The position numbers were made by a program, and so were the translations under genes. The notes beneath the pieces are model-generated. The model was not told where the DNA came from and did no database searches. It saw only the letters and a list, made by a program, of their open reading frames with translations. Of a stretch of DNA of 64,000 bases, positions 1-8,687 are shown piece after piece (positions within the stretch are counted from its first letter, which is position 1; the number at the start of each line of letters is the position of its first letter). Origin of the DNA: an uncultured bacterium (lineage in GTDB: Bacteria > CAYUVA01); contig CAYUVA010000011.1 in the NCBI GenBank assembly GCA_964448115.1, forward strand, positions 1-64,000, read 5' to 3'.

Positions 1-1246
1 CCCTTTTTATCACACCCTTGACCAGGTTCACCGCAAAGCGATATGGAATATATTCAGGATTTGGAGCATCGATCAGGATTATATCCGCCTGCTTACCAGG
101 CTCCAGAGAACCGATCACATCTCCCCTTCCCACAGCGCAAGCAGCGTTTATGGTGGCAGCACTGATCGCCTCCGCAGGAGTCATGCCTAGGTCGCGGCAG
201 GCAAGGGTGAGCATAAAGGGCATCGATTCCGAGGGGCAGGAGCCGGGATTGAAGTCGCTGGCAAGTGCTACTACCATACCATTATCGATCATCTTGCGCG
301 CCGGCGCATAGTTGTCGTTTTTCAAATAGAAGTTTACTCCCGGCATCAAGACTCCTATAACCCCTGTATCTGCTAGTAGCTTTATTCCTCCATCGGTTAT
401 ATGGTCAAGGTGGTCTGCGGAGATGGCTTTGATTTCAGCAGCAAGCTCCACCCCGCCGATGCTGTTGAACTCCTCGCTGTGGAGCTTAGGCTTCAAGCCA
501 TGCTCCAAGCCAGCCTCAAGAACCCTTCTTGACTGATTCGCATCGAAAGCACCGAGCTCGCAAAAAACATCGCAAAACTCGGCGAATCCCGCAGCGGCGG
601 GCATTGATTGTTCAATAATAAAATCTAGATATTCATCTACCCTTCCTTTGAACTCCGGCGGTATGGCATGGGCGCCTAGAAATGTATTTACGATATCTAT
701 CGAATGGCTGCGGTGCAGCTCCCTCGCAACCTTTAGCATTTTTAACTCAGTCTCGATATCCAAGCCGTATCCGCTTTTCACCTCCACCGTAGTCGTTCCC
801 AATCTGAGCATGGAATCGAGGTATCGCCTGCCGGCCAGAATGAGCTGCGATTCGGTCGCTTGCCGGGTTGCCATGACGGTGCTCAGGATGCCGCCACCCT
901 TTTGTAATATCTCAAGATAATCAGCTCCCTTTAGCTTAAGAAGATACTCGTTCTCGCGGGAGCCGGCGTAGATGAAATGGGTATGACAATCGACAAAGCC
1001 AGGCATTGCCAAAAGCCCCTGAGCATCGATGAATTCGGTCGAGGAGTCGATCTGAACCAGGTCAAGTAGTTCCTCTTGCAAAGCCACTGAAAGGATCTTT
1101 CCGTCCTTGATGGCGATACATCCTTTGGGGATAATATGAAGGTCATGCAAATCATTGCCGATCTTGGGTTCAGCTCCCTTTTGGGAAACGCACAAGACAG
1201 CGCCAGTGTTGGATACGATTAGCTCCGCAAGCGGTTTATCAGTCAT
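1..1246 (-). CDS. hutI: Imidazolonepropionase (histidine utilisation); 3' end runs off the window
   Basis: Manual translation from ATG at 1246 gives MTDKPLAELIV...MPGFVDCHTHFIYAGSRENEYLLKLKGADYLEILQKGGGILSTVMATR, the HutI signature. Missing from the ORF track because it is open at the edge. Confidence 0.93.
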   Translation of the reverse strand, partial: MTDKPLAELIVSNTGAVLCVSQKGAEPKIGNDLHDLHIIPKGCIAIKDGKILSVALQEELLDLVQIDSSTEFIDAQGLLAMPGFVDCHTHFIYAGSRENEYLLKLKGADYLEILQKGGGILSTVMATRQATESQLILAGRRYLDSMLRLGTTTVEVKSGYGLDIETELKMLKVARELHRSHSIDIVNTFLGAHAIPPEFKGRVDEYLDFIIEQSMPAAAGFAEFCDVFCELGAFDANQSRRVLEAGLEHGLKPKLHSEEFNSIGGVELAAEIKAISADHLDHITDGGIKLLADTGVIGVLMPGVNFYLKNDNYAPARKMIDNGMVVALASDFNPGSCPSESMPFMLTLACRDLGMTPAEAISAATINAACAVGRGDVIGSLEPGKQADIILIDAPNPEYIPYRFAVNLVKGVIKR

Positions 1247-1395
1247 ATTTTATATTTTCAGCCTTGTCTCTTACCACTTCCTGCTACCGACAACCATCAT
1301 ATTCCTTTATTACTTTCCTCTTGGTGCCTTTGTGTCTCTGTGGTTTTTCCGATTTATCACCTGGCCATGATACCGCTCTATCACTTTATCACATC

Positions 1396-4302
1396 CTACT
1401 CGCAGATCTCGCAAGGCAAGTTAGGCCATACTGGGCTGAAGTTCAAGCTCGAATCTCGCGCTTGTAACTGGAGCAGATATTCACCATTGGGGACTCCGGG
1501 ACCTACCGGTATATAAAGCGTCCAGACGCCGTCTCCAGCCACCCAGTCGCCATTAGTGCCGTTGTCATAAAGGAATACGCCGGTCGGAGCATGTTGCACG
1601 AGTATCTCTACCTGGCTGACATCGTTCAATCCATCTGCATCATAGACATAAGCCAATATTGTAATCTGCCCGCCGGTATCGGTGGTAACATCCGTATCCC
1701 AGTAGCCAGCAAGGTATATCATCGGTCTGTTAGCGCCTTTTTGCTTTGCATCATGGGATTCAAGATCCTCCAGGTAGGCATCGAGAGCATAACTGAACTG
1801 GTGGAAAACCTCCAGGTTATCGATCTTGGACAATCCCTTAGAGCTTGTAACCGGAGACTTGGCAAACACGCTCAGGTAGGGCCAGGTATCGATATTGGAA
1901 GCCTTGTCATAAGCTCGCATCTGGAAGGGATATTCGCCGACTGGTACCCCAGGAAGTATATTCAATGCCAGAGAGTAAAGGTCATCTCCCGCTACCCAGT
2001 CCCCGTTGATCCCATTATCATTTAATTCCAGTCCTAGCTCGGAGTTATCATAAAGCAGCGAAACCTTGGTTATGTCATCCTGTCCGGGCAGGTATGCCAT
2101 CATTAGCCAGATAGCAAAGTCGTTCTGGCAAATAATCGTATCCCAGAATCCCCCTGCGTAAATCTTTGGCGGTATTGCATCCTGAGTCGAGCTGACCGTG
2201 CGCGACCAGTCGCTCTCCTTGTCTGGATTGCCCTTTGCTTTTACCCTGTAATAATAGGTGGTCGCATGGGTAAGGTTGGTGAAGGTATGGCACAAGGCTG
2301 TTATCCATCCACTACTAGCAGCAAAGGTAAAACTTGGCGAGGTCGAAGCCTCTGCATAGTAGGCGATAGCCCCGGATCTCGATTCGTCGCTCCAGCAGAT
2401 CTCATTCTCTGTGCCAGCCGAATATGGCGGCTCCGGCGATATCTCAGGCGGGAAGGGGGGACCGGTCGGGCTTGGAGACGGGGTCCAAGTCCTGGTCGGT
2501 GTTGGAGTTGCCGTATCCACTGTCGGGGAAGCGGTCGGAGATGCGGTCGGCGTCGAGGTCGGCGGCTTGGGGACAGCCTCAGAGGCAGGCGACCACCAGC
2601 CCTCATGGTAGTGCACATTCTGACCAGAAGTCCGGTAAACATAGCACTGGTTGTTCTGTACGGTTTCGTCTCTATAGGTGGTCTCGGTCAGAAAAGCCTG
2701 GTTTATCTTGTGGTATGCAACCGGGGTTTCAGTAGCGACACATAAAGCTCGATAAACATTGTACCTGCTGGCATTCTCAGCCTCCCCCCAGGAGAGATCC
2801 ACATAACCATTGCCGCCGTAAGTAACCAGGTATCCCACCGGTCCGGGAGCATCTTCCAGCGGACGGGCATTGGCGTTGTTCGATGGCACCCCCTCGTTTT
2901 TTGCCCTGTCCAGTGAGGTTACATAGAAGTAGTACTCAACATCGTTTCTGAACAGCTTCACCTGGATTGCAGAGCCGGGATAGGGAATATCCTGTGGATT
3001 CCAGCGCTCATAGCTAGCGCCGTAGTCTGAGCTTTTATAAATATAATAACCAAGCAGATCCTCCTGTGTACAATGATCCCACCAAAAGGTTACCGCCCTA
3101 TCACCAGCGTTTGCAAAAAGATTGCCCGGCTTGCATGGCGGTACAGCATCCCAGTAATGGAAACCTAGATCCAGGGTCCCTATATCCGAGACGCCATCGG
3201 TTCTGGTGGTATATATATCAAGTCCCTCGATGGAGGCGTTATGTCCACCAGCATCTAAACAGCAACTGTCGTTGGTCTGCCCGCTGGCTACCTGTTCGAG
3301 GTAGAAATCTCCTCCGCCGCCGGTGAAAAAGCGCGGATTGCAGGAGATATTGCCATTCTCGCCGGTGGGGTCTTCCAAGCCAATATAGTTTTCGGTTGTA
3401 TTCTGCCATAGATTGTTATACTCGATAATAGCTGTGCTGTCCGATTTTAGATATATACCCCCGCCATCACCGTTTGCAGCGGTGGCTAAAGTATTAAAAG
3501 CGATGATATTATGCAGTATATGGGGACGAGAGCTGTTGTCTATCATGATCCCAGCACCATTGCGCCCTACCTGGCAGTAGGCAATTGTATTCGACCATAT
3601 CTCGGGCGTTGAATTGGAGTGCACCTCTATACCACCACCATCCTTTCCTGCGGAACAGTAAATTATCAGGTTATTGAATATGCGCGGACTTGATGCTGTA
3701 AGGTTAATTCCACCGCCAAAGTCGGTGCTCGGCGCATGGCAGTTTTGGATTATGTTGTTGGTTATGGTCAAGGTGGAGATGTTGCACTGGATACCGTGAT
3801 AGCAGTTCTGTATAACAAAGCCGTCTATCCTGCCGTTGTTTATGTTATAGCAAGCAAAGCCAGAACCGCTACCTCCGCCGTCTATGACCGTCTGGAAACT
3901 GGTTGGATCTCGTTTCCAGGTGATATGCTGATAGCCCCCATACATGTAAGTGTAGTTCTTCATAGTTACCTGGTTGGTCTGTTCCGGCTCGTGATAGATC
4001 CCTTCGGCAACATAAATAATATCGTCGTTATCCGCATAATTGACCGCATCCATGATCTTCTGGAAGGGGTTCTCCTTGGTGCCATCCCAGGTGGGACCCA
4101 TGTTCTGCCAATCCACATATATCTTTCGGGCAATGGGCGTATTGGTTGGCGTGGAGGTTGGCGTCGGAGGCGGAGTCGGGGTCGCCTTGGGGGTATCCCC
4201 GCCATATTTAGCCAAAACCGGCTGTGAAGCCAACAGTATCGTAACAGTTAGGGCTAGTATGGATACAAGGCATATCCGTTTATGGATTACAGAAGCTCTC
4301 AT
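1396..4302 (-). CDS. Secreted modular protein: signal peptide, Thr/Pro linker, parallel beta-helix (pectin-lyase-like), FN3-like domains, two C-terminal 'WPYL' domains
   Basis: 968 aa. Signal peptide ending VLA-K; DGTKENPFQKIMDAV...IYVAEGIY beta-helix start; GGGI/NNIIAFN repeats; FN3-like YYFYVTSLD and YYYRVKA; C-terminal NDNGINGDWVAGD loops (choice-of-anchor-X-like). Confidence 0.85.
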   Translation of the reverse strand: MRASVIHKRICLVSILALTVTILLASQPVLAKYGGDTPKATPTPPPTPTSTPTNTPIARKIYVDWQNMGPTWDGTKENPFQKIMDAVNYADNDDIIYVAEGIYHEPEQTNQVTMKNYTYMYGGYQHITWKRDPTSFQTVIDGGGSGSGFACYNINNGRIDGFVIQNCYHGIQCNISTLTITNNIIQNCHAPSTDFGGGINLTASSPRIFNNLIIYCSAGKDGGGIEVHSNSTPEIWSNTIAYCQVGRNGAGIMIDNSSRPHILHNIIAFNTLATAANGDGGGIYLKSDSTAIIEYNNLWQNTTENYIGLEDPTGENGNISCNPRFFTGGGGDFYLEQVASGQTNDSCCLDAGGHNASIEGLDIYTTRTDGVSDIGTLDLGFHYWDAVPPCKPGNLFANAGDRAVTFWWDHCTQEDLLGYYIYKSSDYGASYERWNPQDIPYPGSAIQVKLFRNDVEYYFYVTSLDRAKNEGVPSNNANARPLEDAPGPVGYLVTYGGNGYVDLSWGEAENASRYNVYRALCVATETPVAYHKINQAFLTETTYRDETVQNNQCYVYRTSGQNVHYHEGWWSPASEAVPKPPTSTPTASPTASPTVDTATPTPTRTWTPSPSPTGPPFPPEISPEPPYSAGTENEICWSDESRSGAIAYYAEASTSPSFTFAASSGWITALCHTFTNLTHATTYYYRVKAKGNPDKESDWSRTVSSTQDAIPPKIYAGGFWDTIICQNDFAIWLMMAYLPGQDDITKVSLLYDNSELGLELNDNGINGDWVAGDDLYSLALNILPGVPVGEYPFQMRAYDKASNIDTWPYLSVFAKSPVTSSKGLSKIDNLEVFHQFSYALDAYLEDLESHDAKQKGANRPMIYLAGYWDTDVTTDTGGQITILAYVYDADGLNDVSQVEILVQHAPTGVFLYDNGTNGDWVAGDGVWTLYIPVGPGVPNGEYLLQLQARDSSLNFSPVWPNLPCEICE

Positions 4303-4546
4303 AATTACACCTCTTTTATGAAGTCAAAGCGCATAAGCAACACCTTGTGAGGATAACATATATTTTCTTTTCCCTCATCACCTTTTTTATAACCGCATAT
4401 TTTATTTCTTTCCATTCCGGTGTCTTCAGGTGGAAAGACCTTCCCTCAATCATTACCTAATAAAAAATCAAGAAATTGTCAAGAAACCACAGCGCTGATT
4501 AGCCTGATCAATGATCTGGTTCGCTTTTTTTTTTTATCCCCTCCTA

Positions 4547-7042
4547 CTATAGTTTCTTGACAACAATATTTACGACTCGTCTTCCTGCGATGATAACCTT
4601 GATGACCTTCTTACCCTGTATCCATTTCTGAACTCTATCATTGGCGAGAGCCATCTGGGTCAATGTCTCCTCGGTGGCATCGACTGGTGCCCTCATCTTG
4701 GATCGCACCTTGCCATTTACCATGATAGCCATCTCGACCTCTTCACGCTTGATTGATTGCTCATTCCACCTAGGCCAGGGTGTCTCCAATAGCGTTCTGC
4801 TGGCTCCCATCCGCTCATTCAGTTCCTCAGATAGATGTGGCGCAAAGGGAGATAATAGAGATACCACCGTTTCCAGAGACTCTTTAATAACTGCCTGTGA
4901 ATCTTTTTGCGAAAAGACGGAATCATCGGAAACAAAGGAATATATCTTGTTTACCAGCTCCATCAGGGCAGCGATGGCAGTATTGAAGTGAAGGCGCTCA
5001 TTCAGTTCCTCGGTTACCTTCTTGATGGTCAGATGTACCTGTCGATGAAGCTCCCGCGGGGTAGGGGAGAGGTCTTGAGGCTTGAGGCTTGAGGGTTGGG
5101 GCTTTAGGCGAGGATAATATTCCTTGACCAGATTATAGACTCTGTTCAGAAAGCGATAAACTCCAGATACTCCGCTGCCGCTCCACTCAAGATCTTTCTG
5201 GGGAGGCGATGAGAAGAGCATATAAACCCGGGCGGTGTCTGCGCCGTACTGCTTTATCATATCATCAGGATCGACTACATTCCCCTTGTTCTTTGACATC
5301 TTGGCTCCATCCTTATACACCATTCCTTGGGTCAACAGGTTGGTAAACGGCTCATCGAAGCTAAGCAATCCAAGATCCCTCATTACTTTCGTGAAAAACC
5401 TTGCATACATCAGGTGCAAGATGGCATGTTCAACTCCACCGATGTAGCGATCGACCGGCATCCAATAAGCGACCTTTTTGGGATCGAATGGCGCTTGCTC
5501 GTGTTGTGGGCTGCAATAGCGGCAGAAGTACCAAGAGCTATCCACGAAGGTATCCATGGTATCGGTTTCCCGGCGAGCATCATTTCCGCAAGAAGGGCAC
5601 TTGACCTTGAAAAAATCCTCTCGCTCGACCAGTGGCGAGCTGCCAAATCCCTTGATCTTTACATCCAATGGCAATAGTACCGGTAGATCCTCAATTGGAA
5701 CCGGCACCATCCCGCAGTTACCGCAATAGATAATAGGTATCGGGGTTCCCCAGTAGCGTTGTCTGCTAATGCCCCAGTCGCGAAGCCGGTAGGTTACCTT
5801 GGCTCGTCCTATGCCTTTTTTATCCATATATTCGATTATCTTATCCTTGCCCTCTTCGCTAAAAGTGCCATCGAACTGATCTGAGTTGACCATTATTCCG
5901 TTATCGACATAAGCCTCGCTCATGGTCTTATCATCAAGCGAGCCGCTTGCATCCTGAATCACCACTCGTATAGGCAGATTGTACTTCTTGGCAAACTCGA
6001 AGTCTCGCTGGTCATGGGCTGGGACTGACATGACTGCGCCGGTGCCATATTCCATGAGCACGAAGTTCGCAGTCCAAAGCGGAATTGTCTCGCCGGTCAG
6101 TGGATTGATCATCTTTATACCGGTATCGATGCCCTCCTTCTCGGTCTCGGCAGATGTTCTGTCCATCTTGTTCTGGCGCATCACCTTGTTTCTAAAATCA
6201 GAAATTTGGCTCTTCTTGGTGTCATCGGTAACTAATTCATTCAACAAGGGATGCTCAGGTGCTATGACCATAAAGGTAGCGCCATAGAGTGTGTCAGGTC
6301 TGGTAGTGAATACAGCGATCTTATCATCAGATCCTGCGATGGGGAAATCGACCTCGGCTCCCTCGCTTCTGCCGATCCAGTTTCTTTGCTGTGTAATGAC
6401 CTGTTCGGGCCAGCCGGTCAGCTTGTCCAGAGCATTTAGAAGCTCCTCGGCGTAATGGGTGATCTTGAAGAACCACCCCTCCATCTCTCTTTGGGCAACC
6501 GGCACATCGCATCGCCAACAAAGCCCATTAACCACCTGCTCGTTTGCCAGCACGGTCTTGCATGACTCGCACCAATTAACAAAGGTTCTCTTCCTGTATG
6601 CCAAGCCAATTTCGAACATCTTGATGAAGAACCATTGACACCATCTATAATAATCAGCATCGCAGGTCTTAATCAGGCGATCCCAGTCGTAGCTCAAGCC
6701 CATGGACTTCATCTGTTGAATGATGATCTTGATGTTTTCATTAGTCCACTTCACAGGATGTATTCCTGACCTGATGGCAGCGTTCTCGGCGGGCATTCCG
6801 AAGGCATCGAAGCCGATGGGATGCAGTACATTGTATCCATTGCGTACCAGGTAGCGAGTCAAGGCATCACCTATCGTATAATTGCGAACATGCCCCATGT
6901 GCAGCCTGCCTGAGGGGTAGGGGAACATCTCAAGGCAGTAGAATTTTGGCTTATCCGACTTTTGGACATGGAATGTTTTATCCTTCTCCCATTTGCTCTG
7001 CCATTTTTGCTCGATTCTTATGTGGTCGTAACTAGATTCCAT
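4547..7042 (-). CDS. leuS: Leucine--tRNA ligase
   Basis: 831 aa; MFPYPSGRLHMGHVRNY (HIGH-like), FTTRPDT editing domain, DWGISRQRYWGTPIP, KMSKNKGN. Confidence 0.98.
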   Translation of the reverse strand: MESSYDHIRIEQKWQSKWEKDKTFHVQKSDKPKFYCLEMFPYPSGRLHMGHVRNYTIGDALTRYLVRNGYNVLHPIGFDAFGMPAENAAIRSGIHPVKWTNENIKIIIQQMKSMGLSYDWDRLIKTCDADYYRWCQWFFIKMFEIGLAYRKRTFVNWCESCKTVLANEQVVNGLCWRCDVPVAQREMEGWFFKITHYAEELLNALDKLTGWPEQVITQQRNWIGRSEGAEVDFPIAGSDDKIAVFTTRPDTLYGATFMVIAPEHPLLNELVTDDTKKSQISDFRNKVMRQNKMDRTSAETEKEGIDTGIKMINPLTGETIPLWTANFVLMEYGTGAVMSVPAHDQRDFEFAKKYNLPIRVVIQDASGSLDDKTMSEAYVDNGIMVNSDQFDGTFSEEGKDKIIEYMDKKGIGRAKVTYRLRDWGISRQRYWGTPIPIIYCGNCGMVPVPIEDLPVLLPLDVKIKGFGSSPLVEREDFFKVKCPSCGNDARRETDTMDTFVDSSWYFCRYCSPQHEQAPFDPKKVAYWMPVDRYIGGVEHAILHLMYARFFTKVMRDLGLLSFDEPFTNLLTQGMVYKDGAKMSKNKGNVVDPDDMIKQYGADTARVYMLFSSPPQKDLEWSGSGVSGVYRFLNRVYNLVKEYYPRLKPQPSSLKPQDLSPTPRELHRQVHLTIKKVTEELNERLHFNTAIAALMELVNKIYSFVSDDSVFSQKDSQAVIKESLETVVSLLSPFAPHLSEELNERMGASRTLLETPWPRWNEQSIKREEVEMAIMVNGKVRSKMRAPVDATEETLTQMALANDRVQKWIQGKKVIKVIIAGRRVVNIVVKKL
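5074..5108. repeat. Heptamer tandem repeat (CTTGAGG x3 plus two degenerate units) inside leuS
   Basis: CTTGAGG-CTTGAGG-CTTGAGG-GTTGGGG-CTTTAGG read directly; falls in the RLKPQPSSLKPQD segment. Confidence 0.8.
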
Positions 7043-7060
7043 GAACGTTACCTCGATCTT

Positions 7061-7195
7061 TTAGTTTTTTATCAATAATATACAGTATATCCCATGAATC
7101 TCCGCCTTATAACGACTCTTTGCTTCATCCTTTAGTGTTGACAACATCTGGAGCAATCTTCGTTGTGGAATAGATTTTGATTCAATACTTTTCAT
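7061..7195 (-). pseudogene. Probable truncated MNT-family nucleotidyltransferase (antitoxin-like), N-terminal remnant
   Basis: AAGGAG RBS then MKSIESKSIPQRRLLQMLSTLKDEAKSRYKAEIHGIYCILLIKN*. Resembles an MNT N-terminus and diverges just where FGS-x-x-RG would begin. Confidence 0.45.
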
Positions 7196-7292
7196 TGTTC
7201 TTCTCCTTGACTTTATATATCATTTTGGATGATTTGCTTCAATTTTGGTCAGATAGTCGTGCTTCAACTACACATCATATCTTAGTTACTTT

Positions 7293-8687
7293 CTATTTGG
7301 TTGTTTCTTCTTCGGAAATGCTGAACCTCTTTGTGAACGCCTCAGCAACCTTACCCGCAAAGGATGGGAGGCTATCGTCCCTGGCTCCCATTATGACAAA
7401 GGTGTCGCCACTACTTGCCATATCCAGTGTTTCGTTAATGAATTCAGCTCGCCAGGGGAGATAAATAGCATTCACTCCAGCAGTCAACAATGCCTCAACC
7501 ATACTCATGGCATCAATATCTTTCTTAATGGTACCACCGGCATAATATATTGGGGGTATATAAAATCGATCATCCTTGCCAAGTATCTTTGGTAGCATCT
7601 GGGTAAGCTCCTGCAACATCATGCGAGCGGGAGCATAGCCATGTGGTTGGAAAAAGGCTATCAATCGCTTGGAATATGGCTTGAGTGTGGTCAGGGCAGC
7701 CTTTATCTTGTCAGGGTTGTGTGCGAAGTCATCGTAAATCTTGATCCCATTATGATCATACAGAAGCTGCATCCTTCGATGAATACCTCCAAAACTCGAC
7801 AAGGCATGGGAGATTACATCTAGCTCAATATTCAACATTTTAAGCACTGATATAGCAGCTAAGGCGTTGTAAACATTGAACAATCCAGGAATGCATAACT
7901 TGAAATTGATATCGTTGACCCTGAATTTTGAGCTATCGGCAGATAGCTCGATGTCAACCGCTCGCATAGAAGCTGATGGTGACAATCCAAAGCTGACCAG
8001 CCTAGCCTCGATGACTTGGTCAAATAGGCTCTTGTTTATCGAATCAATGTTATAAACAAGGATATCTTTGGTATTTTCTGCAAAACAGGCGAAGATATAG
8101 TTTAGCTCCTTGAGGGTTTTGTGATCCTTGGATATATTAAGTAACACTCCAATATTTGGCATATAATTTACGATATTTCCATCACTTTCATCAGCCTCGA
8201 CCACCATCCATTCCGATTTCCCATGTTGCATGTTGCCATAAATAGCGCGGTCTCCATCAAGTATGTAGTCTCCGCATAAAAAAGATGCATCGATCCCAGC
8301 ATGATGAAGTGTATAGGCGATCATCCCGGTAACGGTTGTTTTCCCGCTGGTACCCCCCACAGCAATACCTTTGCTTTGATTGAATATCTCTGCGAGAAGC
8401 AGGGATCGATGTATAATCGGCACCTTAAGCGACTTGGCTCGGCAATAGTCGGGAACGGTCTCCTCAACCGCACCGCTGACCACCAGATAATCGAGAGCCT
8501 CGTTCACGCCAGAGCCGTTTTGTGGATAAATCTCAATGCCCATATCGATAAGCTCTTTCATGCGTGGAGTGATGATACCCTTATCATAAGTTCTATCTGA
8601 ACCAGTGATAATAGCTCCTCTGTGCAACATTAGCTTGGCAAGGGGTTGCATGCCGCTGCCGCCGATGCCGCTGAAATGTAACCTCAT
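7293..8687 (-). CDS. murC: UDP-N-acetylmuramate--L-alanine ligase-like Mur ligase
   Basis: HFSGIGGSGM, GGTSGKTT P-loop, VEADESDG, DDFAHNP, FQPHGY. Likely start 8687 (MRLHF), overlapping the upstream stop as ATGA. Confidence 0.8.
   Translation of the reverse strand: MRLHFSGIGGSGMQPLAKLMLHRGAIITGSDRTYDKGIITPRMKELIDMGIEIYPQNGSGVNEALDYLVVSGAVEETVPDYCRAKSLKVPIIHRSLLLAEIFNQSKGIAVGGTSGKTTVTGMIAYTLHHAGIDASFLCGDYILDGDRAIYGNMQHGKSEWMVVEADESDGNIVNYMPNIGVLLNISKDHKTLKELNYIFACFAENTKDILVYNIDSINKSLFDQVIEARLVSFGLSPSASMRAVDIELSADSSKFRVNDINFKLCIPGLFNVYNALAAISVLKMLNIELDVISHALSSFGGIHRRMQLLYDHNGIKIYDDFAHNPDKIKAALTTLKPYSKRLIAFFQPHGYAPARMMLQELTQMLPKILGKDDRFYIPPIYYAGGTIKKDIDAMSMVEALLTAGVNAIYLPWRAEFINETLDMASSGDTFVIMGARDDSLPSFAGKVAEAFTKRFSISEEETTK

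Noticed and set aside
931-1155. 74-aa ORF suggesting a broken hutI
   Set aside because: Alternative frame; hutI reads through this region from 1246 and is only cut by the window edge.
8521-8529. Perfect DnaA box TGTGGATAA
   Set aside because: Single copy inside murC; no cluster.
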